Translations under genes and position numbers: made by a program | Part shown: one piece after another, positions 26,920 to 36,220 of the stretch | How positions within the stretch are numbered: position 1 is the first letter of the stretch | How the letters are laid out: each line of letters opens with the position of its first letter | The notes under the pieces: generated by a model | The model's input: only the letters and a program-made list of their open reading frames with translations | What the model was told of the DNA's origin: nothing | Databases searched by the model: none | From: Candidatus Eiseniibacteriota bacterium | GTDB taxonomy: Bacteria; Eisenbacteria; RBG-16-71-46 | Length of the DNA: 64,000 nt | Assembly (NCBI GenBank): GCA_963776245.1 | Contig: CAVZLN010000006.1 | Coordinates: 352,001-416,000 of the forward strand | Direction: 5' to 3'

Positions 26920-28140
26920 TCACCCGTGGGCGGTCACCCGGGCGTAGATGGCGGCCAGCGCGTCGACCACGGCGGCGCGCGCGTAACGGCGCTCGAAGGC
27001 GGCGCGGATGACGGCGCGGTCGTAGCCCGCGGCCCCGCGCACCATGCGCGCCATCGCCTCCGCCAGCGCGTCGAGGTCGCCGACCGGGACCAGCACGCCG
27101 GTGGTGTCGTCGAGGATGGTCTCGGGTCCCCCGCAGCGCGTCGCGATGCTCGGGCGGCCCGCCGCCATCGCCTCCACGAACACGATGCCGAACGACTCGT
27201 GATGGCTCGGCAGTACGAAGCAGTCGCAGGTCTCGAAGCCGCGCTCGGTCTCCGCGCGCGACACGTTGCGATCCAGCCACTCCAGATGGGCGTCGAGCCC
27301 CAGCCGGGCGCCGGCGGCGCGGAACGCGGCCAGGTCGGGGCCGGTGCCGGCGAGCCGCCAGCGCACCCGCGCGCGCTCCGCTGGCGTCAGCGATGGCAGC
27401 ATGCGCGCCGCGGCGCCCAGCAGGTCGAGGACACCTTTGGTGCGCACCATGTGGCAGAGCGTGAAGAAGGTGAATCGCTCCGGGTCGGCGGCGCGGTCGG
27501 CCGAGAGGCGGCGTTCATCCACCACGTTGGGCACCAGGTCCGGACGCGGCAGCCCATGCCGCTCGAAGTCGTCCGCCAGCGCCCGGCTCACCGCGATGCG
27601 AGCCGCCGCGCGCGCGTGCGGCTCGCGGATCCACTCCGGCAGGGCGCCGTCGGCGCGCGCGTAGACCGGCAGCGGGAACGGCCCCATGTGCTCGGTCACC
27701 ACGTACGGGATGCCGAGCTCCTTCGACAGGTGCCTCGCCGCCCAGCCCGCGGGGTAGGCGCCGTGCGCGTGCAGGAGGTCGATGCGCCCCCAGCGCCCGC
27801 GCATGTCGCGGGCGCACGCCCGCGCGGCGGCGAGCACCGCCGTGCGATTGCCGTGGTGCACGCGCTCGGAGGTCTGGAGCGCCGGGCGGGTCCATGCCGC
27901 CAGGTTCGGACGCAGCGCCTCGACGCGCGCCGCGCGATCGAACAGCGCGTCGAAGGCGCAGCGCGGCGAGTGGAGCACGTGTGCCGGCGTCAGCAGGTTG
28001 CGGCCCTGGTGCCACAGGGCGAGCCCCACGTTCCAGTCCGGGCGCAGTTCGGCGAGCGCCAGGGCCTGGTCGCGGACGTAGAGCCCCTCGTGCGGGAAAC
28101 AGCGGTGCGGCCACCACGAAGGCAGGAGGAGGAGGTTCAT
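26920..28140 (-). CDS. GT4 glycosyltransferase
   Basis: LPSWWP, VRDQALAL, HAH, VTEH, KGVLDL, LPSHHESFGIVFVEAMAAGRP. Confidence 0.9.
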   Translation of the reverse strand: MNLLLLPSWWPHRCFPHEGLYVRDQALALAELRPDWNVGLALWHQGRNLLTPAHVLHSPRCAFDALFDRAARVEALRPNLAAWTRPALQTSERVHHGNRTAVLAAARACARDMRGRWGRIDLLHAHGAYPAGWAARHLSKELGIPYVVTEHMGPFPLPVYARADGALPEWIREPHARAAARIAVSRALADDFERHGLPRPDLVPNVVDERRLSADRAADPERFTFFTLCHMVRTKGVLDLLGAAARMLPSLTPAERARVRWRLAGTGPDLAAFRAAGARLGLDAHLEWLDRNVSRAETERGFETCDCFVLPSHHESFGIVFVEAMAAGRPSIATRCGGPETILDDTTGVLVPVGDLDALAEAMARMVRGAAGYDRAVIRAAFERRYARAAVVDALAAIYARVTAHG

Positions 28141-28149
28141 GCGCCGCGC

Positions 28150-28178
28150 AGCATAGCGGCGCGCCGCGGCGGTGTCAT
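28150..28178 (-). promoter_or_regulatory. Putative sigma70 promoter giving a near-leaderless GT4 mRNA
   Basis: ATGACA-N17-TATGCT ending 9 nt before the ATG at 28140; no SD seen. Confidence 0.45.
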
Positions 28179-28208
28179 GGGGAGCCGGATCCGGGGATCA
28201 CCGACGCT

Positions 28209-28835
28209 TCAGTAGTGGATCGCCACCCGCGTGTCCCACACCGTCCAGATGTCGTCCGGGATGAATCCCACCCGCAGCCCGGTCTCGAGCCCGAGCCGCA
28301 CCGGACGGGCGGCGCTCGTCAGCACGGTGAACTCGAGCGCCGCCGCCGGCGCGGTCCGGCTGACCGCGAGGTCGCTGAACAGCGCGCCCCCTCCCGCCGC
28401 CGACAGCTCCGCCCGGGCGTTCATCAGGCCCGGCCCGGCGGCGACGCGCAGCAGCGCGCGGCGGCCCGGGAAGTCGCGGCTGACCAGCAGCGCGAAGTCG
28501 AGCACGGTGAAGTCGATCCCCGCCGTCAGGCTGCCGCGCGGGACGGTGGTGGAGCCCAGCATGTGGTAGCCCATGGCCACGCCCGCGCGCCAGCCGCGGC
28601 CCACGGCATGGTCGACGCCCACGCCCAGCGACAGCGAGCCGGAGGGGGCCTTGGTCCGGACCCCGGGAGCGAGCGAGTCGGTGCGGAAGAGCTTCGAGTA
28701 GCCGAAGCCCAGGTGGCCGTTCCAGTCGGCGATCCCGGCGGCCCCCGCCACGGCGGGCGCGAGCGCCAGCACGAGGAGGAGCGCGACGGTGACCCGCAGG
28801 GGCTGGTGATGGGGCATGGCAGTCCTTTCGCTCAC
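28209..28835 (-). CDS. Outer-membrane beta-barrel protein
   Basis: Signal peptide, amphipathic strands, C-terminal ...TRVAIHY beta-signal-like end. Confidence 0.7.
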   Translation of the reverse strand: MSERTAMPHHQPLRVTVALLLVLALAPAVAGAAGIADWNGHLGFGYSKLFRTDSLAPGVRTKAPSGSLSLGVGVDHAVGRGWRAGVAMGYHMLGSTTVPRGSLTAGIDFTVLDFALLVSRDFPGRRALLRVAAGPGLMNARAELSAAGGGALFSDLAVSRTAPAAALEFTVLTSAARPVRLGLETGLRVGFIPDDIWTVWDTRVAIHY

Positions 28836-28853
28836 CGCGCCGGGCGCGGCGCT

Positions 28854-29909
28854 CTACTTGTTGAAGCGGATCTCGAGGCAGTCCCCGTCGGCGACCACGT
28901 AGTCGCGGCCCTCGACGCGGACGTGCCCCTTCTCCTTCGCCTTGGCGTGGGTCCCGTGCTCGAGCAGTCGGTCGCACGGCACCACCTCGGCGCGGATGAA
29001 GCCCCGGGCGAGGTCGGTGTGGATCTCGCCCGCCGCGTCCACCGCGGTGTCGCCGCGATGGATGGTCCACGCGCGCACCTCGTCCGGGCCGACGGTGAAG
29101 AAGGAGTGCAGCCCCAGCAGTCGGTAGCACGCATGGATGACCAGCGACAGCCCGTCCTCGGTGATCCCGAGCTCGGCGCGGAACGCCTCGCGCTCCTCGG
29201 GCGGCAACCCGACGATCTCGCGCTCGAGGTGCGCCCGCAGCGCGATCGCCACCGCCCCCGGGCCGGGGTCGGGCGGCACGCGGGTGGAGGCGTCGTCCTG
29301 GTTGTACACCACCAGCAGCGACTTGAGCGTCAGGAGTTGGAAGCCGCGCAGGATGCGCTCCTCGGCGGCGTCGTGCGCGAAGGTGCGGAGCGGCCGCCCG
29401 GCCTCGAGCCAGTCCTTGCAGCGCGCCAGCAGGGCGTGCTCGGCTTCCCCCTGCTTCTTGCCGACGCGCAGCTCCTTGGCCACCTTCTCGAGACGATTCT
29501 CGACGATGGCGAGGTCGTTGAGCACCAGCTCGGCCTCGAGGTCGCGGCGGTCGCGCTCGGCGTCCACCCCGCCCTCGCGCGGCACCGCCGGGTTCTCGAA
29601 GTCGCGGATCACCACCAGCAGTGCGTCGCAGTTGCGCACCGCGGAGAACAGGTCGGGCCCCTTCGCGGCCGAACGGGCGCTGGCGTGGCCGGCGGCCGCG
29701 CTGTCCACGAACTGGATCTGGGCGTAGGCGGTCTTCTTGGGCTGGTAGAGGGCGGAGAGCCGGTCCACGCGCTCGTCGGGCACGCGCACCACGCCGATCT
29801 GGTCGCGGCCGGGGGCCGCGGCGCCGCTGGCGCCCGCGCCCTGCATGAGGATCTCGAACAGCGTGGTCTTGCCGGACTGGGGCAGTCCGAGGATGCCGAC
29901 GCGCTTCAT
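28854..29909 (-). CDS. ychF: YchF/Ola1-family ATPase, divergent
   Basis: GILGLPQSGKTT, VPDERVDRL, FFTVGPDEVRAW, AAGEIHTDLARGFIRAEV, EGRDYVVADGD..EIRF. Confidence 0.88.
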   Translation of the reverse strand: MKRVGILGLPQSGKTTLFEILMQGAGASGAAAPGRDQIGVVRVPDERVDRLSALYQPKKTAYAQIQFVDSAAAGHASARSAAKGPDLFSAVRNCDALLVVIRDFENPAVPREGGVDAERDRRDLEAELVLNDLAIVENRLEKVAKELRVGKKQGEAEHALLARCKDWLEAGRPLRTFAHDAAEERILRGFQLLTLKSLLVVYNQDDASTRVPPDPGPGAVAIALRAHLEREIVGLPPEEREAFRAELGITEDGLSLVIHACYRLLGLHSFFTVGPDEVRAWTIHRGDTAVDAAGEIHTDLARGFIRAEVVPCDRLLEHGTHAKAKEKGHVRVEGRDYVVADGDCLEIRFNK

Positions 29910-29990
29910 GGGCTCTCGCGTTCCGGGGGACATGCGACGGCCCGCGGGGGTCTTCCCGCGGGCCCGGGAGCCTCGATCAGGAGGCGCGGC

Positions 29991-30020
29991 AGTCTAGGCG
30001 CGGCTTCGCGCGAGTGTCAA
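29991..30020 (-). promoter_or_regulatory. Sigma70 promoter for ychF
   Basis: TTGACA-N18-TAGACT; the -35 overlaps the upstream gene's stop codon. Confidence 0.6.
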
Positions 30021-30265
30021 TCGGCGGACGTGGGCTTTCGCTGATACTCGCGCGCGAGCGCCATCTGGAGTTCGGCCGTCACGCGGACCGGGACCTCCAC
30101 ACGACTCCCCGCCTGATAGAGGATGATGGTCTTCTTGACCGTGTCCACCTCCACCTGGCAATTGCGGCACTTGGCGAGGTGCGCCTCGATCGAACGGCAC
30201 AACTCCTGCCGAGCGTCTTCATCGAGGTAATCAGCGAGCTGGTCGAGGACTTCCTGACAGTCCAC
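30017..30265 (-). CDS. Small zf-HC2 (ZAS) anti-sigma-like protein
   Basis: GTG after GGAGAAAGG SD; VDCQEVLDQLADYLD...EAHLAKCRNC (C...HxxxCxxC); 82 aa, no TM. Confidence 0.8.
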   Translation of the reverse strand: MDCQEVLDQLADYLDEDARQELCRSIEAHLAKCRNCQVEVDTVKKTIILYQAGSRVEVPVRVTAELQMALAREYQRKPTSAD

Positions 30266-30484
30266 AGCCTTTCTCCGATGTCTGGCCTGGGGGAACTGGT
30301 GCGACCTCGGTCGATGTTCTGCTGCTGATGCCTTGGGTGGTCCTGGGGGGCCCTGAAGGCGACTCGGTGATCTCAGACTCCGCGGGGTGCAGACCGGCGC
30401 GGCGCCGGGGTGGTGCTCCATGTCATCAGGTCTAGATGCGGCAAAGTCGTGATGGTTTTACCGGATTGTGACATGGCTCGGGGG

Positions 30485-30514
30485 ATTCTAGCGTCAGCCG
30501 ACCGGATTGGCCAA
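30485..30514 (-). promoter_or_regulatory. Putative sigma70 promoter upstream of the zf-HC2 gene
   Basis: TTGGCC-N18-TAGAAT. Confidence 0.4.
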
Positions 30515-30650
30515 CCGGGGGGGTCGGCGCCACAGCCGGGGGGGCCGGCTCATGGACGCTCGGAGACCGGCGGGGGACTGAGCAGGATGCACTGTCGTAC
30601 CGGCCTTCCAGTTCTTCCAGATGCGCGCAATCTCCCACGGTTTCCGAGAA

Positions 30651-30726
30651 TGGTGACCCGTGCTGGGATCGAACCAGCGACTCCCTGCTTAAAAGGCAGG
30701 TGCTCTACCGACTGAGCTAACGGGTC
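30651..30726 (-). tRNA. tRNA-Lys (anticodon TTT)
   Basis: GACCCGTTAGCTCAGTCGGTAGAGCACCTGCCTTTTAAGCAGGGAGTCGCTGGTTCGATCCCAGCACGGGTCACCA: 76-nt cloverleaf with encoded CCA. Confidence 0.97.
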
Positions 30727-30799
30727 ACCGCGGTGGGCGCGTGGACGAGGTGGGAGACCGTCGGCTCGTGGACGCGACCGGCCCCCTCCCGCCGGGTCA

Positions 30800-30828
30800 G
30801 TTATAGGGGGAAGCCCCGAGCGGGGCAA
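30800..30828 (-). promoter_or_regulatory. Sigma70 promoter for tRNA-Lys
   Basis: TTGCCC-N17-TATAAC. Confidence 0.55.
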
Positions 30829-30855
30829 CCGGGCATCCGTCCAGCGGCGTCCGGA

Positions 30856-33545
30856 TCATCGTCTCCGGATATCCGCCATCCAGTTCACGACCACGGTGGT
30901 GGTGGGCAGCGACCGGCTCGCGGTGGGCGTGAACAGGAAGAAGGACTGGTCATCCGCCGTCACGGCGTAATGGGCGCGCTGTCCCCCGGGAAGAGCACCC
31001 GGGCGGTGAACAGGGCCTGCGGCGTTCCGGGGTCGAACGAGGGCGTGGTGCGCACCGGGACCGACATCATCTGCTGGTCGGGCGAGAGGTAGTAGATCGC
31101 GTGGCCGCTCGCGCTCCAGCGTGGATCGCTCCCGCCATGGGTCGAGACCTGCCACTTGTCGCTCCGGTCCGGATAGGTCTGGACGTACACCTCGTCGTGA
31201 CCGGACTCGTCCGAGACGTAGGCCAGGTAGCGCCCGTCGGGCGAGAGCTTGCCGTCGTACTCGTTGAACGCGCCGTTGAGGAACGGCCGGGGCTTGTGGT
31301 CACCGGCGGTGGGCAGCGTCCAGATGTCGGTGCTCGACGCGGTGGCGAGATCGTACACGATGGTGCTCCCGTCCCGGGACCAGTCCTTGAGCGTGGCCTC
31401 CTCGGTCAGGGCGGCCAGCGTCTCGGTCTCGCCCGATCCCGTGAGTCGCTTGGCGATGATCCCGGATGCGCCGGGCGCGTCCGACCAGTAGGCGATGCGC
31501 TTCCCATCGGGCGACCAGAGCGGGTAGTTCTCGTTCGTCTTCTCGAAGGTGAACCGGGTCGAGATGTCCCGGGTGCGGTCGATGAGCCAGATGTCGCGCG
31601 TGCGCGTCTGGGGATCGACCACGCGGACCGCGAGCCGTCGCTCGTCGGGTGAGAGCATGGGCATCAGCGCCCCCGTCTGCGAGGGCAGCGTGCGCCGCAG
31701 CTTGCCGGTCCGGTCGAGCTCCACCAGCTCGCCGGATTCGGTCGAGCGCGTGGAATAGGCGAGGACGCCGTTGTCGGAGGCGCCGAAGTCCGAGCCCCCC
31801 ACCGCGCTCGATCCCACCTGTTCCGCCACCGGGACGGGCTCGCCCCCGAGCTTCAGCGCGCGCACGTCGAAGCGCTGGATGACGAGGGATCCGCCGCGGG
31901 AGAACAGCAGGTAGCCGGGCGGCACGTACTGAACCTGGGACTCGCACGGTCCGAGGTCGCGGTGCTTCTCGGAATCGAGGGAACCGACGCGCAGCGTGGG
32001 CTGCGGCAGGATGGAGAGATAGAGGAAGTGCTTCCCGTCGGGCAGGAACTCCGGCCAGCCGACCTGGAGCACGTGACCGACGGAGTCCTCGCTCACCTGC
32101 GGCGTCGCGACCCCGCCGCTGGCGGCCACGCGCATGATCGGATCGGTGCCGCGGCCATCGAACAGGATGACGTCCTTCCGGCCCCACGTGCCGTCCGAGC
32201 CGCTCGGGGCGTCGCAGATCACCGTGGGCGGCCCGCCGGTGACGCTGATCTTCTTGAGCTTCCCTCCCGCCATGAACGCGAGGAAGCGGCTGTCCGGCGA
32301 CCAGAAGGGCCGGCTGGCGCCCTCGGTCCCGGGCAGCGCCTGCGCCGCGAGCGCTCCCAGCGGCCGCACCCAGACGCGGCTGGTGCCGGTGGAGTCGGTG
32401 GCGTTGTAGGCGAGGATGCGGCCGTCCGGCGAGATGCGTGGCGAGTCCTGGGTCTGCACCGACGACGGCGGCGAGACCTCGAAGCGCAGCGTCTGCGCCG
32501 CGGGCGCCGGAGCCCCGAAGTGGAGCACGGCGAGCGCGCCCGCGGCGACCGAGGCGGCCGCCACCAGCGCCCACGCCAGCCGTTCGCGGTTCCGCCGCCG
32601 CGCGGCCCGGCCCACCGCCAGCGGGTGCCCGGCGGGCGCGCCCGCCTGCGAGCCCCCTTCGGCGATCCAGCGCAGGTGGATCCGCACGTCGTGCGCGGTC
32701 TGGATGCGCTCGTCCGGGTCCTTCTCCAGGCACGCGCGCACCAGGCGCTCGAGCCCGGACGGCGCGGCGCCGGGCGCCGCCGGATCCTCCGGCGCATCGC
32801 CGATGGGACGCGGCTGGTCCTTCATGATGGAGCTGATCAGGCTCGCCTGCGTCGCTCCCGTGAACGCGCGCTTCCCGGTGGCCATCTCGTACAGCACGCA
32901 CCCCAGCGACCACACGTCGCTGCGGGCGTCCGCTTCGGCGCCCTCCAGCTGCTCGGGCGCCATGTACTGGAACGTGCCGACGATGGAGCCCTGCGCCGTG
33001 AGCGGCTGGGCGACGGTCGGCGATTGCGTGAGCCCGGCGAGCGAGCCGCTGCCCCCGGGACCGGCCAGCCCGGTGGCGCGCGCGAGCCCGAAGTCCATGA
33101 GCTTGGCGCCGCTCTTCGCGAGCATGATGTTCCCGGGCTTCAGGTCGCGATGCACGATGCCCGCGCGATGCGCCTTGTCGAGCGCGTCGGCGATCTCGGA
33201 GCCGAGCCGGACGACCTGCTCGGCCGGCAGCGCCCCCTTCTCGAGCCGCTGGGCGAGCGTCTCGCCCTCGACCAGCTCCATCACCAGGTAATCGGTCTCG
33301 CCCTCGCGGCCGATGTCGTGGAGCGTGCAGATGTGAGGATGGTTGAGGCTCGACACCGTGCGGGCCTCGCGTTCGAAGCGCGCGCGCACCTCCGGGTCCT
33401 CGGTCAGGTGCCGGGGCAGCACCTTGACCGCCACGTCGCGCCCGAGGCGCGTGTCGCGCGCGCGATACACCTCGCCCATGCCGCCGGCGCCGAGCGGCGC
33501 GACGATCTCGTAGGGGCCGAGCCGGGTACCGGGAGCGAGGGTCAT
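30856..33545 (-). CDS. Hanks-type Ser/Thr kinase + TM + TolB-like (PD40) beta-propeller, paralog 3 (frameshift near 30985)
   Basis: [38 protein letters not shown]; repeated SPDG blades; C-terminus ...VVVNWMADIRRR in ORF 30856..31155. Confidence 0.9.
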
Positions 33546-36220
33546 CGCTTCATCTCCTCCGTCCAGTTGACCACCGCGATCGGCAGCCACGCCGATTCGG
33601 CGTGCAGGGGCCGGTTGAACAGGAACCGCTGCCCGTCCGACGAGACGGCCCAGAGTCCGGCGTTGCCGACCTGTCCCGTCAGGTTGATCGGCATCGTGAA
33701 CATCATGCGCGGCGCACCGGCCTCGAATCGGGGCCCGATCTTGACGTCGACGGCGTACGCGACCTGATCGGGCGTCCGGAAGAACAGTTCGCTGCCGTCG
33801 GAGCGCCACAGCGGGTTGCCCCCACCCTGGCTCGAGATCTGGACCGGCGCGCCCGGCCCGGGGAACGCCCGCACGTACAGCTCGATGCGCCCGGACTGGT
33901 TGGAGTCGTACGCCACCCAGTGTCCGTCCGGCGCGAAGTGCGGCCTCGACTCGCTGAACCGGCTCGCCACGATCGGCACCGGGGCGCCGCCGCGCAGTGG
34001 CAGCGCGAAGCAGTCCCAGCCGTTCGCGCCATCGGACTGCATGCAGGCGAGCCAGGCGCCGTCGCGCGACGCGTCGGTGGGACCGATGTTCTGCGGCCCC
34101 TGGTAGACCAGCGAGTCCGCCCCGACGCTGTCGAGCGAGCGCCGGTAGATCGCGTACGTCGCCTTGCGGTTCGATGCCCAGTACAGCGTGCGCGAATCGG
34201 CCCCCCAGACCGGCCAGATGTCGTTGCCGGGATCGATGGTGAAGCGCGAGGAGATGTTGCGCTCGAGGTCGCGCACCCAGATGTCGGCGGCGGACCCCGA
34301 GGCGTCGGTGAGCTGGTAAGCCACGTATCGGCCATCCGGCGAGAGCGAGAAGCTGCCGTAGGACCCCGGGGTGCCCACGTCAGCGAGGTCGCGCCCTGAG
34401 CGGTCCACCCAGCCGATCCGCCGCAGGTCGGCGCTCGCCTGGCTGTAGATCAGGACGCCGTTGCGCGACGCCGAGAAGTACGCCATGGAATTGCCGCGGG
34501 CCACGCCGATCTGGTCGGCCAGCGTGCGCGGCTCGCCCTTCAGCTTCCCGGTGCCCGCATCGAAGCGCTGCGCGAACAGCGCGCCCTCGCGCTCGAAGAG
34601 CAGGTAGCCCGGTGGCACGTACTCCACCCGCCCCTCGTAGGGCATGACCGTGACCGCCTGGCGCGAACCGAGCGTGCCCAACCGCAACTCGGCCTTCCCA
34701 CCCGACGCGAACGCGATGACGTGGAGGAAGTGCTTGCCGTCAGGGAGGATCTCGGGCCAGTCCGCCTCGACCTCGTGCCGCGCGCTGTCGACGGCGGTGA
34801 CGGCGCGCGGCTCGCCGCCCTGGACGGACACCGCGCGGATGTTGTTGTGGACCCGGTCGCCGTCGAACAGGATCTGACCCTTGGTGCTCCAGCACCCGTC
34901 AGATCCGCCGGGAGCCTCACAGATGGTCTCCGGCCGTCCGCCGCCCACGAGGATCTTCTTGAGCTTGCCCCCCGAGAAGAACCCGAGATAGCGCCCATCC
35001 GGGGACCAGAACGGCCGACCCGTGCCTTCGGTGCCCGGGAGTGGATGCGATTCGAGATCGTCGAGCGCACGCAGCCAGAGCCGCGGCTGCCCGCTCGAGT
35101 CGGCCGCCGCGAAGGCCGCGTACCGTCCGTCCGGAGACACGCGCAGCGGGCCCAGCGGCGAGAGCGACGCCGGCACCCGGATCTCGAAACGCAGCACGCG
35201 CGGGCGCTGCGAGACCTCCCGCCACCACAGACCGGCGAAGGTGATCGCCACCGCCGCGCCCAGCGCCGCCGCGCTCCAGCCCAGGCGCGCGCCGAGCCGC
35301 CGCCGCGCCGATACGGGCACCGGCGTGCCGGCCTGCGAGCCGCCCTCGGCGATCCACGACAGCTGCAGCCTCACGTCGTGGGCCGTCTGCACGCGCTGGT
35401 CGGGGTCCTTCGCCAGGCACGAGCGGATGAGGCGCTCGAGCCCGGGCGGCGCCATCGGGGCCAGCGTCGTCAGCGTCGCCGGCTCGGCAGACATGATGGC
35501 GCCGATCAGGCTCGCCTGGCTCCTGCCCTCGAACGCCGGCCGTCCCGTCGTCATCTCGTGGAGCACGCATCCGAGCGCCCACACGTCCGAGCGCACGTCG
35601 GCCTCGCGGCCCTCGAGCTGCTCCGGCGACATGTACTGGAAGGTGCCGACGATGGTGCCCTCGGCCGTCAGCGGCGAGGCCACCGTCGGCGTGCGCGTCA
35701 GCGCGGCGACGGTCACCCCGCTGCCAGTGGCGGGGCCGGCCATCCCGGTCGCGCGCGCAAGGCCGAAGTCCATGAGCTTGGCGCCGGTCTTCGTGAGCAT
35801 CACATTGCCCGGCTTGAGGTCGCGATGCACCACGCCGGCGCGATGCGCGCGGTCGAGCGCGTCGGCGATCTGCGCGCCCAGCCTCAGCACGTCGGCCGCC
35901 GGCAGCGCCCCACGGGTGAGCCGCTGCGAGAGGGTCTCGCCCTCGACCAACTCCATCACCAGGTAGTCCGTGTCGCCTTCGCGCCCCACGTCGTGGAGCG
36001 TGCAGATGTGCGGGTGGTTGAGGCTCGACACGGTGCGCGCCTCGCGCTCGAAGCGCGCGCGCACGTCGGCGCTCGAGGACAGATGCTGGGGCAGCACCTT
36101 GATGGCCACGTCGCGGCTCAGCCGGGTATCGCGCGCGCGATACACCTCGCCCATGCCGCCGGCGCCGAGCGGCGCGACGATCTCGTACGGACCGAGGCGG
36201 GTGCCGGGCGTGAGCGTCAT
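33542..36220 (-). CDS. Hanks-type Ser/Thr kinase + TM + TolB-like beta-propeller, paralog 2
   Basis: MTLTPGTRLGPY at 36220 (ATGA overlap); full kinase motifs; SPDG blades; ends VVNWTEEMKR. Confidence 0.92.
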   Translation of the reverse strand: MTLTPGTRLGPYEIVAPLGAGGMGEVYRARDTRLSRDVAIKVLPQHLSSSADVRARFEREARTVSSLNHPHICTLHDVGREGDTDYLVMELVEGETLSQRLTRGALPAADVLRLGAQIADALDRAHRAGVVHRDLKPGNVMLTKTGAKLMDFGLARATGMAGPATGSGVTVAALTRTPTVASPLTAEGTIVGTFQYMSPEQLEGREADVRSDVWALGCVLHEMTTGRPAFEGRSQASLIGAIMSAEPATLTTLAPMAPPGLERLIRSCLAKDPDQRVQTAHDVRLQLSWIAEGGSQAGTPVPVSARRRLGARLGWSAAALGAAVAITFAGLWWREVSQRPRVLRFEIRVPASLSPLGPLRVSPDGRYAAFAAADSSGQPRLWLRALDDLESHPLPGTEGTGRPFWSPDGRYLGFFSGGKLKKILVGGGRPETICEAPGGSDGCWSTKGQILFDGDRVHNNIRAVSVQGGEPRAVTAVDSARHEVEADWPEILPDGKHFLHVIAFASGGKAELRLGTLGSRQAVTVMPYEGRVEYVPPGYLLFEREGALFAQRFDAGTGKLKGEPRTLADQIGVARGNSMAYFSASRNGVLIYSQASADLRRIGWVDRSGRDLADVGTPGSYGSFSLSPDGRYVAYQLTDASGSAADIWVRDLERNISSRFTIDPGNDIWPVWGADSRTLYWASNRKATYAIYRRSLDSVGADSLVYQGPQNIGPTDASRDGAWLACMQSDGANGWDCFALPLRGGAPVPIVASRFSESRPHFAPDGHWVAYDSNQSGRIELYVRAFPGPGAPVQISSQGGGNPLWRSDGSELFFRTPDQVAYAVDVKIGPRFEAGAPRMMFTMPINLTGQVGNAGLWAVSSDGQRFLFNRPLHAESAWLPIAVVNWTEEMKR

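Noticed and set aside
30017..30726. tRNA-Lys as an integration site for an island or the kinase array
   Set aside because: No integrase and no duplicated tRNA 3' end seen. The kinases lie on the 5' side of the tRNA.
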